Source: Gammaproteobacteria bacterium RIFCSPLOWO2_02_FULL_61_13 (GTDB lineage Bacteria; Pseudomonadota; Gammaproteobacteria; Eutrophobiales; Eutrophobiaceae). From it: a DNA stretch of 38,646 nt. The notes below the pieces were generated by a model. The model was not told the DNA's origin and ran no database searches. It saw only the letters and a list, made by a program, of their open reading frames with translations. Position numbers and translations under genes: made by a program. Location: assembly GCA_001801865.1 (NCBI GenBank), contig MGYT01000166.1, forward strand, positions 10,798 through 49,443, written 5' to 3'. Positions 10,622 through 19,800 of the stretch are shown here, piece after piece (position 1 is the stretch's first letter; each line of letters opens with the position of its first letter).

Positions 10622-11058
10622 GCGCGGACCCAGAGCCAGGCGTTGCGAAGGACATGAACACGACGCCCATGAATTGGCTGGAAGCGGTGCGCTGGGATGA
10701 GCACGGTCTTGTCCCCGCGGTGGCGCAGGACACCGCCAGCGGCAGGGTGCTGACGCTGGCATGGATGAATCGCGAGGCGCTGGCGCTTACCGTGGCCGAG
10801 GGCCGCGCGGTTTATTGGTCCCGATCCAGAAATCGCCTGTGGCGCAAGGGCGAGGAATCCGGTCACGTGCAATGGCTGGAAGAACTGCGGCTGGATTGCG
10901 ATCAGGACGCGATTTTGCTCCGCGTCCGCCAGCAGGGCGGCATCGCCTGCCACACCGGCCGGGCGGCGTGTTTCTTCCTGCGGCTGGAAGACGGGAAATG
11001 GGGTGAGATTGATCCGGTACTGCAGGAACCGGCTGCAATTTATCCGCGCGGGAAATAG
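10618..11058 (+). CDS. hisI: Phosphoribosyl-AMP cyclohydrolase
   Basis: [29 protein letters not shown]; start could also be ATG 10654. Confidence 0.95.
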   Translation: MSADPEPGVAKDMNTTPMNWLEAVRWDEHGLVPAVAQDTASGRVLTLAWMNREALALTVAEGRAVYWSRSRNRLWRKGEESGHVQWLEELRLDCDQDAILLRVRQQGGIACHTGRAACFFLRLEDGKWGEIDPVLQEPAAIYPRGK

Positions 11059-11068
11059 GATTGCCGGT

Positions 11069-11416
11069 ATGATCCCTTCCGGTACCGACGCATTCACGGA
11101 CGATACGCTGCAGCAACTGGCGCGCCTGCTCGCGGAGCGGCGCGGCGCGGACCCCGCCACTTCCTATGTTGCCGGTCTGCTGGCGGGCGGCGAGGACGCG
11201 ATTCTGAAAAAGATCGCCGAGGAGACCGCCGAGGTGTTGCTGGCCGGGAAGGCCGCGGATCCGGCAGCGCTGGTGCATGAGGTGGCGGATCTCTGGTTTC
11301 ATACACTGGTCCTGCTGGCGGCCCGCGAACTGGGTCCGCAACCGGTGCTGGACGAATTGCGCCGGCGCCTGGGCCGCTCCGGGCTGGACGAAAAGGCCGC
11401 GCGTTTGCGAAAGTAG
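11069..11416 (+). CDS. hisE: Phosphoribosyl-ATP diphosphatase
   Basis: [35 protein letters not shown]. Confidence 0.94.
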   Translation: MIPSGTDAFTDDTLQQLARLLAERRGADPATSYVAGLLAGGEDAILKKIAEETAEVLLAGKAADPAALVHEVADLWFHTLVLLAARELGPQPVLDELRRRLGRSGLDEKAARLRK

Positions 11417-11447
11417 GCGGCGTGGCAACGCATCCGGGAGACGTGAC

Positions 11448-11657
11448 ATGAATATTGGCATCTGGGAGTTGGTTGTCATATTGGTCATCGTGGCGTTGTT
11501 GTTTGGCACCAGAAAGCTGGGCAGCATCGGCACCGACGTGGGTCAGGCTATCAAGGGCTTTCGCGCGGCCATGCGCGACGATGGCGGGACGCAGACCGGC
11601 GCCGGCAGCGCCCAGCCACTGGAAAAAGATCCGGCCAAGAAGGACCAGGCTTCCTGA
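11448..11657 (+). CDS. tatA: Twin-arginine translocase subunit TatA
   Basis: IGIWELVVILVIVALLFGTRKL...DVGQAIKGFR; GGGAG RBS. Confidence 0.95.
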   Translation: MNIGIWELVVILVIVALLFGTRKLGSIGTDVGQAIKGFRAAMRDDGGTQTGAGSAQPLEKDPAKKDQAS

Positions 11658-11693
11658 ACTTTACCCCGCCTGAGCGGCGCCGGACGCGCCCCC

Positions 11694-12002
11694 ATGTTTG
11701 ACATCGGATTCTGGGAACTGGCGGTGCTGGCCGTGGTGGCGTTGCTGGTGGTCGGGCCGGAACGACTGCCCCAACTGGTGCGGGACGGTGGGCGCTGGGT
11801 ACGGGCAGTACGCCGTTTCGTCACCGAAACCCGCTATGAAATTGAGCGGGAATTGGACGTGGATGCCGGGCGGGATTTCTCCCGTGGCCTGGCGGAAATG
11901 GATGAATTGATGCGCATTGCCCCCGATCGGGAGCCCGGTGCGGCGAAATCTTCCCCGCAACCGCCGGCGAGCAACCCGGATCCCAAGCACACCGAACCAT
12001 GA
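11694..12002 (+). CDS. tatB: Twin-arginine translocase subunit TatB
   Basis: MFDIGFWEL...LLVVGPERLP. Confidence 0.95.
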   Translation: MFDIGFWELAVLAVVALLVVGPERLPQLVRDGGRWVRAVRRFVTETRYEIERELDVDAGRDFSRGLAEMDELMRIAPDREPGAAKSSPQPPASNPDPKHTEP

Positions 12003-12775
12003 GTGACGCGCGCCCGGCGGATCGCGACCCGGAACTGCCGCTCATCGCCCACCTGATCGAGCTGCGATCACGGCTGCTGCGCTGCCTGCTGGTGCTGGCT
12101 GGAATATTTCTGGCCACGACCCCGTTCGCAAACGACATTTATGCCATTGTCGCCGGGCCGTTGCTGGCGAAATTGCCTTCTGGCAGCACCATGATCGCCA
12201 CTGAAGTCGCGGCGCCATTTGTCGTGCCGTTCAAGCTGTGCCTGTTTGTCGCGTTGTTTGCGGCCATGCCGTTTGTGCTGTATCAGGCCTGGGCCTTCAT
12301 CGCGCCCGGCCTGTATGAAACTGAACGCCGCTTCGCGGTGCCCCTGTTGCTGTCCAGCATCGCGCTGTTTTACGCGGGCATCGCCTTTGCATTCTTCGTG
12401 GTATTTCCCTTGCTGTTCGGATTTTTTACCGCCACGGTTCCTGCAGGCGTGGCGGTGATGACCGATATCGGGCATTACCTGGATTTTGTGCTGAAGCTGT
12501 TCTTTTCCTTCGGGCTGGTGTTCGAAGTGCCGGTGGCCACGGTGCTGGTTATCTGGACCGGGCTGCTGTCGGCCGCGTCGCTGGTGCGCGCCCGGCCGTA
12601 CATAATTCTTGGCGCCTTCGCCCTTGGCGCCCTGTTGACGCCGGGGCCGGATGTGCTGTCGCAAATCCTGCTGGCGCTGCCGCTCTGGCTGCTGTTCGAA
12701 GTGGGGCTGTTCCTCGGCCGCCGCGTCAACGGCCGGGGCGAGAAAGTTGCGGCGCTGGATCAGTCAACACCCTGA
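11999..12775 (+). CDS. tatC: Twin-arginine translocase subunit TatC
   Basis: PLIAHLIELRSRL, YQAWAFIAPGLYETE, FGLVFEVP, about 6 TM segments. Confidence 0.96.
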   Translation: MSDARPADRDPELPLIAHLIELRSRLLRCLLVLAGIFLATTPFANDIYAIVAGPLLAKLPSGSTMIATEVAAPFVVPFKLCLFVALFAAMPFVLYQAWAFIAPGLYETERRFAVPLLLSSIALFYAGIAFAFFVVFPLLFGFFTATVPAGVAVMTDIGHYLDFVLKLFFSFGLVFEVPVATVLVIWTGLLSAASLVRARPYIILGAFALGALLTPGPDVLSQILLALPLWLLFEVGLFLGRRVNGRGEKVAALDQSTP

Positions 12776-14221
12776 ATCCGCCTGCCAGCGGCACCGGGCC
12801 GGGCCCGGGCCCGGTAACAGCGAGATTTCTGCGGCATTTTCCACCGGCGCCGGGGGCGGCTGTCCGCGGGCGCGCAGACGCGCCGTCAACTGCTCGAGCA
12901 AAGGCGCGATCTCCGAACCCACCCAAAGCTGTGGCTCTGACGGCGTCAATTCCTCTTCCTCCTCGCGCGCACTCAGGCTGTCCCGGGCGCGTTCAAACGC
13001 GGACACAAATGACAGATCCTTCGGCAATTCCGTGCCGAAGAAAGCCGCGCCAAAGTACGTATACGGACCGTCGTGTCCACAACCGAAGGAACTTCGATCA
13101 CGGCGCGCCGAGGTCATCACCAGCGAATCAGAATTGCGCAGTTCGTCCAGGAACTCCCCGGAAAAGCAGGCCGACACAATTACCACACGGTAACGGATGC
13201 CGGAGCCATCAAGGGCGGCGCGCAGCCCCCGCGGCGTGATCCCCGCCAGTCGGAAATCATCCAGATCCAGGGTCAGTCCCTGCCCCTCTTCGCCGTGGGA
13301 GGTCAGGAACAGCAGCAGAATGTCTTCTTCCGGATCCATCTTGCGCGCAACGCCTTGCAGCGCCGCCTGCAGGTTGTCCTTGCTGGCGAGCGGCAACTGC
13401 TCAAAGGTGCTGTGATTATTCACCAGCAACAAGGTGCGGCCGGTGGCATCGAAGTCGCGGCTGAAAATCTTGGCGGCGCGCTGCACCTCGTTCATGAACA
13501 CATCCTCTCCGGCGTCGCCGGCCACGCCGATAAAATACACATCCACGACGCCGGGGCGGTGATCGAGCAGGCCTCTGGTCCCCTGCCCAAGGAGTTCGTC
13601 CTGCTGAAAGAACAGGCGCTCGACGTCCAGGGAACGGGGCTGTTCGTCTGTCCCCGGATAGGTCCGGGCCCACAACGGTTCCGGGGGCAGAAGGTACCAG
13701 GGCAGAATATTGAAGGCCCCGAAGCTGACCAGCAGCACGGCGCCCATGACGGCGCGCGGTTCCAGCACCAGTCGAATCGCGCGCAGCACGATAATCAGAT
13801 ACCAGATGAGATATACCGGCGTCAGCCAGGTATAAAATTCGGGCGGCACGACCGGGACAAATCTTTCCACGGCATGCACCACTCCGGTGTAGACGCCGAA
13901 GGTCGTGGGGGCAACGGCCAATACCAGCACGCCCAGCGGCAGGGCGGCGGCCAGATCGCGACCGCTGGCGGCGATCAGGATCAGGCTGGCAAAAAACAGC
14001 AGATACAGCATGGACTGGTAATACAGGCCGGTGGGGCTGAACTGCGCGTCCGGCCACACCAGGTACAGGTCATAGCCCAGATTCAGCGCCACGGACAGCA
14101 GGAACAACAGCGTCAACTGCAACAGGTCGGGACGAAACTGCCAGCGCGATACCGGCAACAGCAGTGCCAGCCGCAGGCCGGCAAACAGGTTGCGGGCGAA
14201 ATCAGTAATCAATCGGCGCAT
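12764..14221 (-). CDS. Polytopic membrane protein with C-terminal C13-family (legumain-like, clan CD) cysteine peptidase domain
   Basis: About 5-6 hydrophobic N-terminal segments, then VYFIGVAGD..EDVF..E, LLLFLTSHG (His), VIVSACFSG (Cys), SSFGC. Confidence 0.82.
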   Translation of the reverse strand: MRRLITDFARNLFAGLRLALLLPVSRWQFRPDLLQLTLLFLLSVALNLGYDLYLVWPDAQFSPTGLYYQSMLYLLFFASLILIAASGRDLAAALPLGVLVLAVAPTTFGVYTGVVHAVERFVPVVPPEFYTWLTPVYLIWYLIIVLRAIRLVLEPRAVMGAVLLVSFGAFNILPWYLLPPEPLWARTYPGTDEQPRSLDVERLFFQQDELLGQGTRGLLDHRPGVVDVYFIGVAGDAGEDVFMNEVQRAAKIFSRDFDATGRTLLLVNNHSTFEQLPLASKDNLQAALQGVARKMDPEEDILLLFLTSHGEEGQGLTLDLDDFRLAGITPRGLRAALDGSGIRYRVVIVSACFSGEFLDELRNSDSLVMTSARRDRSSFGCGHDGPYTYFGAAFFGTELPKDLSFVSAFERARDSLSAREEEEELTPSEPQLWVGSEIAPLLEQLTARLRARGQPPPAPVENAAEISLLPGPGPARCRWQADSGC

Positions 14222-14254
14222 GAATTCAGTACGTCAGCAGATTGCTGCGATTCG

Positions 14255-14668
14255 TCAGGTCTGTTCCCAGGGCAGGCCATGAAAACGCCAGCCATTGATG
14301 GAGCCGCGGTGCCGATCTGCGTCCCGATCTCCTTCGAATCCTTCCATGATGTTATAGACATGACGATATCCGGCCGCAACCAGGGCCCGCGCTGCCGCCT
14401 CCGAGCGTTTGCCGCTGCGACACATTGCCAGCAGCGGCACCTCTTCGGGCGCGGAGCCCGGGCGCAAGGTCTCAAGACTATGCGCCACCTTGGCGACGAA
14501 TTCCGGGTCGGCGCGCCAATCTGGGTATTCCTGCCAGGGCACATGCACAGCGCCCAACGGGTGGCCCACGTAATCGAATTCCACGCGCGAACGCACATCC
14601 AGCAACAGGGCATCAGGTCGTTGGCGCAGGATTTCCCAGGCCTGTTTCGGATTCAGTTCGCTGACCAT
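14255..14668 (-). CDS. Single-domain rhodanese (sulfurtransferase)
   Basis: LLDVRS..EF..GHP.GA, active-site loop CRSGKRS, YNIMEGFEG, GW..LPW; GGAGG RBS. Confidence 0.92.
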   Translation of the reverse strand: MVSELNPKQAWEILRQRPDALLLDVRSRVEFDYVGHPLGAVHVPWQEYPDWRADPEFVAKVAHSLETLRPGSAPEEVPLLAMCRSGKRSEAAARALVAAGYRHVYNIMEGFEGDRDADRHRGSINGWRFHGLPWEQT

Positions 14669-14826
14669 GGTTACCTCCGGGCATGCCGCAGCGGGTACGT
14701 TTCGGCCTTTATTCTACGGCATCCGCCCCGGCGGGCGCCGGACCGGTTTGGCAGCAGACCGCCAAGTATGCTGCAATAGCCCGTTCCGGTTATGACAGCA
14801 CAGGAATTTTCCCGAGGACCGCAAGC

Positions 14827-15792
14827 ATGACAATGGACGATCGCGACGGCGTCATCTGGCTGGACGGCAATCACGTGCCCTGGCGCGACGCGCGCGTACA
14901 TGTGCTGACACACACGCTTCACTACGGAATGGGTGTGTTTGAAGGTATCCGTGCCTATGACACGGACAACGGCCCGGCCATCTTCCGGCTCCATGAACAT
15001 ACGGAACGCCTGTTCCGTTCCGCGCATATCCTGCGCATGCCCATGCCCTGGGATCGTGACGCCATCAATCAGGCCTGCCTGGAGGTCGTAAAGCGCAACG
15101 GCTTGGGCGCATGCTACATACGGCCCCTGTGCTTCTATGGCTCCGAGGGCATGGGGCTGCGTGCCGACAATCTCAAAACCCATGTGGCCGTGGCCGCATG
15201 GGAGTGGGGCGCGTACCTGGGCAAGGAAGGGTTGGAGCGCGGAATCCGCATCCGCACTTCGTCCTTCACGCGGCATCACGTCAACATTTCCATGTGCAAG
15301 GCCAAGGCTGTGGGGCATTACATCAACTCCATGCTTGCGCTGCAGGAGGCATTGCAGGATGGATACGACGAAGCGTTGTTGTTGGACCCCGAAGGCTACG
15401 TGGCCGAGGGCAGCGGCGAAAACATCTTCATCGTGCGGGACGGCCGGATATACACGCCGGAATTGACCTCCGCGCTGGAAGGGATCACGCGCCAGAGCAT
15501 CGTGACGCTGGCGGGGGAATGCGGCATCCCGGTGCACGAAAAGCGGCTGACACGCGACGAAGTGTACGTCGCCGACGAAGCCTTCTTCACCGGCACCGCC
15601 GCGGAGGTGACGCCGATCCGGGAGCTGGACAACCGCAGCATCGGCAGCGGACGGCGCGGCCCTGTAACCGAGCGCCTGCAAAGTCTGTACTTTGACTACG
15701 CCAGCGGACGGCGACCGGGCCACCCGGAATGGCTTGTGCATGTAAACTGGAACAAGGGCGGGGCACGCCATGTCGGATCCGCGACACGGTAG
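14827..15792 (+). CDS. ilvE: Branched-chain amino acid aminotransferase
   Basis: LHYGMGVFEGIRAY, KAKAVGHY (PLP Lys), EGSGENIF, LEGITR, EAFFTGTAAEVTPI. Confidence 0.96.
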   Translation: MTMDDRDGVIWLDGNHVPWRDARVHVLTHTLHYGMGVFEGIRAYDTDNGPAIFRLHEHTERLFRSAHILRMPMPWDRDAINQACLEVVKRNGLGACYIRPLCFYGSEGMGLRADNLKTHVAVAAWEWGAYLGKEGLERGIRIRTSSFTRHHVNISMCKAKAVGHYINSMLALQEALQDGYDEALLLDPEGYVAEGSGENIFIVRDGRIYTPELTSALEGITRQSIVTLAGECGIPVHEKRLTRDEVYVADEAFFTGTAAEVTPIRELDNRSIGSGRRGPVTERLQSLYFDYASGRRPGHPEWLVHVNWNKGGARHVGSATR

Positions 15793-15967
15793 CGCCACGC
15801 CAAATGATCGCAGCACCCGGGACGTGACCCGGTCCATGCTGCCTTTGCACTGCCCGTTGCCGGAGATGAGTCTGTGGAATTCGCACCCCCGGGTGTATCT
15901 TCCCATCGAGAAGTCCGGGCATGCGAAGTGCCCCTATTGCGGCACCGAGTTCGCCCTCAGGGATTGA
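15770..15967 (+). CDS. Small zinc-finger (zf-CHCC) protein
   Basis: LPLHCP...WNSHPRVYLPI...CPYCG. Confidence 0.88.
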   Translation: MSDPRHGSATPNDRSTRDVTRSMLPLHCPLPEMSLWNSHPRVYLPIEKSGHAKCPYCGTEFALRD

Positions 15968-15995
15968 AGTCCGCGCCGCTACCTCAGGCAGGCCC

Positions 15996-16904
15996 ATGGG
16001 GCCGTTAATCGTCTGGCGTATCACCGATGGCCGCCGCGGGCACGACAGTCAAAGCCTGGGGTTGACCCAGGCCTTGGGCAGATTGACTCCGTGCCGGAGT
16101 TTCGATTTGCCTGCCCTGCCCTGGCCAGGGGCGCTGGCCGGTTGGCTCTCAGGCAACTTGCCCGGCATGGACAGCTTGCCGAACCCGCATTTGATTGTCG
16201 GCGCCGGACATGGCACCCATGCTTCCATTCTTGCCGCGCGGCGCGCGCGCGGCGGCAAGGCCGTGGTATTGATGCGGCCCACGCTTCCCGCCGCCTGTTT
16301 CGATTTTTGCATCATTCCCGAACATGACCCGGCGCCGGCAAGCGGCCGGATCCTGCGTTCGTGCGGGCCGCTGAACACCCTGTGCGCGTCCACTCAGCAG
16401 GATCCCGCGCGCGGATTGATTTTGATCGGCGGTCCATCCAGGCATTTCCACTGGCGCTTCGACGAGCTGCTGCCGCGCATTCAAACACTGCTGGCCTCCA
16501 GTGGCCTGCGCTGGACTCTGGCCGATTCTCCGCGCACACCGCACTGTGACAGCAACAGAATGGCCGGGCTGCCCGGTGCAGATTTTGTTCGCCACGGAGA
16601 GACCGCTGTGGATTGGATCGAAACCCAGATGCGCTCCGCCGGCACGGTCTGGGTCACCGCCGACAGCATGTCGATGATCTTTGAGGCACTCTCGGCCGGA
16701 TCGGCCGTAGGCATCCTTGAATTGCCGGCACGCCGCACGGATCGGGTCACCCGCGCGATCTCGGATCTGGTCTTGCGCGGCATGGTCATGCCGTTTGAAT
16801 CCTGGCAATCCGGCCACCGCCTTGTCACTCATCGGCCCGCGCTGGCAGAGGCAGATCGATGTGCGGCACTTTTACTGCAGCGTATGACCGCTGGATCAAC
16901 CTGA
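15996..16904 (+). CDS. ELM1/GtrOC1-family putative glycosyltransferase
   Basis: VWRITDGRRGHDSQSLGL, IIPEHD, LIGGPS, SPRTP, VWVTADSMSMIFEALSAG. Confidence 0.85.
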   Translation: MGPLIVWRITDGRRGHDSQSLGLTQALGRLTPCRSFDLPALPWPGALAGWLSGNLPGMDSLPNPHLIVGAGHGTHASILAARRARGGKAVVLMRPTLPAACFDFCIIPEHDPAPASGRILRSCGPLNTLCASTQQDPARGLILIGGPSRHFHWRFDELLPRIQTLLASSGLRWTLADSPRTPHCDSNRMAGLPGADFVRHGETAVDWIETQMRSAGTVWVTADSMSMIFEALSAGSAVGILELPARRTDRVTRAISDLVLRGMVMPFESWQSGHRLVTHRPALAEADRCAALLLQRMTAGST

Positions 16905-16905
16905 A

Positions 16906-18018
16906 ATGCGGCTGACCGTGGTGCAAATATTGCCCGCGCTGGAGTCCGGCGGCGTCGAGCGCGGCACCGTGGAAATTGCACGCGCCCTCGTGGAACGCGG
17001 GCATCGGGCCATAGTTGTTTCCGCAGGCGGGCGTCTGGTGGCCGCGCTGCAAATGGCCGGAGCGGAGCATGTGATGCTGGAGGTCGGGCGTAAATCCCTG
17101 TTCACGCTACGGCAGGTAAAACCTCTGGCGCGGCTGTTGCTGGACAGTGGCGCGCATATTCTGCATGCGCGCTCGCGCCTGCCGGCATGGATTGGCGTAA
17201 TGGCATTGCGGCGGCTGGGCTCGCAGGCGCCACACCTGATCACCACCGTGCACGGCCCATACAGCGTCAATCCCTACAGTGCCGTGATGACCAGGGGCAC
17301 ACCCATCATTGCTATCTCGGATTTCATCCGCGATTACATCCTGGCCAATTACCCGCGCACCCATCCCGGACGGATACGGGTCATCCCCCGCGGCGTCAGT
17401 GCGCTGGAATTTCCGCCGGGCTACCAGCCGCCCGCGGCGTGGCGGGATCGTTGGGAATGGGAATTTCCCCCGTTGCGCGGCAAGATCCTGCTCACCCTTC
17501 CGGCGCGCGTAACCAGATGGAAGGGTCAGGAGGATTTCATCGAAGTGGTGGGACTGCTGCGCGCGCGCGGCGTCGATGTTCACGGCCTGATTGTCGGCGC
17601 GATTGAGCCGCGGCGCCGGGGATTCCTCAATGAACTGAGGGGGCGGGCGCAACAGCGGGGGCTGGAATCCCATGTCAGCTTTCTCGGGCACCGGGACGAT
17701 GTGCGTGAGATCATGGCAAGCTCAGCCGTCGTGCTATCCCTGGCCCGCATTCCCGAGGCCTTTGGCCGGACCGCCCTCGAGTCGCTGAGCCTGGGGATTC
17801 CTGTCGTGGGTTATGACCACGGCGGCACGCGGGAAATACTCGCGCCGATATTTGCCAATGGTCTGGTGGCCCCCGGGGCACTGAATGCCGCGGCGGACCG
17901 GGTCGGCGAAATACTCCTGCAACGCCCGGTCATTCCGGCGCAGCATCCATTCCCGCTGCAACGCATGCTGGATGAAACCCTCGCTGTCTATTTGGGCGCA
18001 GCCGGCCAGCGTCCGTAA
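16906..18018 (+). CDS. Glycosyltransferase family 4
   Basis: QILPALESGGVERGT, HARSRLPAW, R.TRWKGQ, EAFGRTALESLSLG. Confidence 0.92.
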   Translation: MRLTVVQILPALESGGVERGTVEIARALVERGHRAIVVSAGGRLVAALQMAGAEHVMLEVGRKSLFTLRQVKPLARLLLDSGAHILHARSRLPAWIGVMALRRLGSQAPHLITTVHGPYSVNPYSAVMTRGTPIIAISDFIRDYILANYPRTHPGRIRVIPRGVSALEFPPGYQPPAAWRDRWEWEFPPLRGKILLTLPARVTRWKGQEDFIEVVGLLRARGVDVHGLIVGAIEPRRRGFLNELRGRAQQRGLESHVSFLGHRDDVREIMASSAVVLSLARIPEAFGRTALESLSLGIPVVGYDHGGTREILAPIFANGLVAPGALNAAADRVGEILLQRPVIPAQHPFPLQRMLDETLAVYLGAAGQRP

Positions 18019-18806
18019 TCATAGCCAAAATCGTGGCGCAGCAACGTGCTGCAGGTCGCGGAGAAATACGCCCGGTCCTCGCTGCCGAACCAGTCCGCTG
18101 CCGGCCGATTATCGCGCCGCACGACGGTGACGCCGCCAGGGGTGTCCGGGTCGCGCTTTGCCGCCATGCGCTCCTTGCTCGACTCATTGACCCCAACCGT
18201 CAACGCCGCCGCTCCGAGCTGAAGCGCCCAAAATTCGTCGATGCGCATGAGTTCGCGCAGCGGATCGCATTGCAGATCTTCATAACGCACCACCAGGGTC
18301 TGCTTCGGAAAGCGTTGTGCAATCCGGCCCCAGGCATTGCAAAAACGCATGCACCACCACAGATCGTTATTGAAACGTTTCCCGCTCATGTCGCCGCGCA
18401 GAAATTCGCTGAACGGGCAGGCATAGTGTTCCTTCCACTTCTCATAGTTGGCGACCAGGGAGCTGCGCAGGTCACGCACCAATACCACGTACGGCGGCAG
18501 TCGCACTTGCTGTCGTAACCATGGCGATGCCACCAGCAGATGCGGTATTGAATGGCTGCTGACCAGCAGCGGGCCACGCGCATGCACGCGCGCATCATGC
18601 ACACCACCAATGATGTCGTTGGCGTGGCTGTAGCGGGGCGGAGGGAGTACATGCCGCACGGCAATCGCGGTGGCCAGCATATGCTTTAACCAGTGGGTCC
18701 CGGACTGGTGCATGCTGACCAGAAAGCCCGTATAGTCCCGGTGCCTGAGCAGGGAGAAATTGGACAAATCACGGCGCAGGCAGTGGTAATGGAATCGCAG
18801 GCTCAT
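17988..18806 (-). CDS. Sulfotransferase-fold protein with atypical PAPS-binding motifs
   Basis: LVSMHQSGTHWL (5'-PSB-like), SSH, VVLVRDLRSSLVANY (3'-PB-like), LVVRYEDL, terminal FGY. Confidence 0.75.
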   Translation of the reverse strand: MSLRFHYHCLRRDLSNFSLLRHRDYTGFLVSMHQSGTHWLKHMLATAIAVRHVLPPPRYSHANDIIGGVHDARVHARGPLLVSSHSIPHLLVASPWLRQQVRLPPYVVLVRDLRSSLVANYEKWKEHYACPFSEFLRGDMSGKRFNNDLWWCMRFCNAWGRIAQRFPKQTLVVRYEDLQCDPLRELMRIDEFWALQLGAAALTVGVNESSKERMAAKRDPDTPGGVTVVRRDNRPAADWFGSEDRAYFSATCSTLLRHDFGYDYGRWPAAPK

Positions 18807-18836
18807 TCACGACTTCCGGGAATTGGCGCCACAGGC

Positions 18837-19790
18837 ATGCAGGATGTTAGCGCGGTTCCTCGAGCCCATGATAGCGCCGGCGCGGCCATCCGCATCGCCA
18901 TTTGCATCCCCACCTACCGGCGCAATGATCTCCTGCGCCTATGCCTGGCTGCCGTTGCCAGTCTGCGCCCGCCTGACGGCAGCAGATTACTGGTGCTGAT
19001 TGCTGACAATGACGCCAGCGGCGGCGCCCGGGCAGTGTGGAAAGAATCGATGCAGTCCAGCGCTATGCAGACATTTTATTTTGTCGAACCCCGGCGCGGT
19101 CTGTGCTGCATCCGGAACCGGTTGGTACAGGAGGCGCTGCGTACGGGGGCGGCGTGGATCGCATTTGTCGACGATGACGAGCAGCCGGCGCCCGACTGGT
19201 TGCAGGCGCACATGCATTCGTTATCGGCCTCCGGTGCGGACGTTTCCTGCGGGCCGGTAATCCTGCGTGCCAGCGGCGCGGTTATCGGGGCTGAGCCGGA
19301 TTCCGGTTCGGTTCCGGATGCAACACCGCGCTCGCCGCGCTTTGTCGCCTGCAACAATGTGCTGTTTCGGCGCAAGTTAATCGCGGAACAGGGCCTGCGC
19401 TTTGATCCCCTTTTCAATTTTACCGGCGGCGAAGACTTTGATTTTTTCGAGGCCTCCCGGCGTTGTGGTAATCGTCACATCTGGACCGCGGCGGCACAGG
19501 TATATGAATCACTCACTCCGGAACGGTCGACGCTCCGGTACCTTTTTCACAGACATTGGTCCGGCGCCATGACCCGCGTCTTGCAGCAACGCAAATGGCA
19601 GGGTGCAGGCATGGTCTGGCCCCGGTTCCTGCTGAAGATTTGCGGCAAGCTGCTGGGCGGAACAGCATCCCTGTTGTTCGCGTTGCTGCCACCGCATCGA
19701 CGCGCCATGGAGGACTGCATCAAGCGCTACGCCAGTGCCTGGGGTTATTTGTGCGGCCTTCTTAACCTCTACCGTGAACGTTATCGCTAA
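18837..19790 (+). CDS. Glycosyltransferase family 2 (ExoM-like)
   Basis: IAICIPTYRR, IADND, IAFVDDDE, FNFTGGEDFDFF; start uncertain. Confidence 0.88.
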   Translation: MQDVSAVPRAHDSAGAAIRIAICIPTYRRNDLLRLCLAAVASLRPPDGSRLLVLIADNDASGGARAVWKESMQSSAMQTFYFVEPRRGLCCIRNRLVQEALRTGAAWIAFVDDDEQPAPDWLQAHMHSLSASGADVSCGPVILRASGAVIGAEPDSGSVPDATPRSPRFVACNNVLFRRKLIAEQGLRFDPLFNFTGGEDFDFFEASRRCGNRHIWTAAAQVYESLTPERSTLRYLFHRHWSGAMTRVLQQRKWQGAGMVWPRFLLKICGKLLGGTASLLFALLPPHRRAMEDCIKRYASAWGYLCGLLNLYRERYR

Positions 19791-19800
19791 GGCGGGGCCG

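Noticed and set aside
14150-14221. MRR at the N-terminus of the C13 protein as a Tat signal
   Set aside because: Does not match S/T-R-R-x-F-L-K and the protein is polytopic; adjacency to tatC is not sufficient
13073-14779. 568-aa plus-strand ORF
   Set aside because: Antisense shadow of the C13 peptidase and rhodanese genes with no recognisable motifs; long shadow ORFs are expected at this GC content
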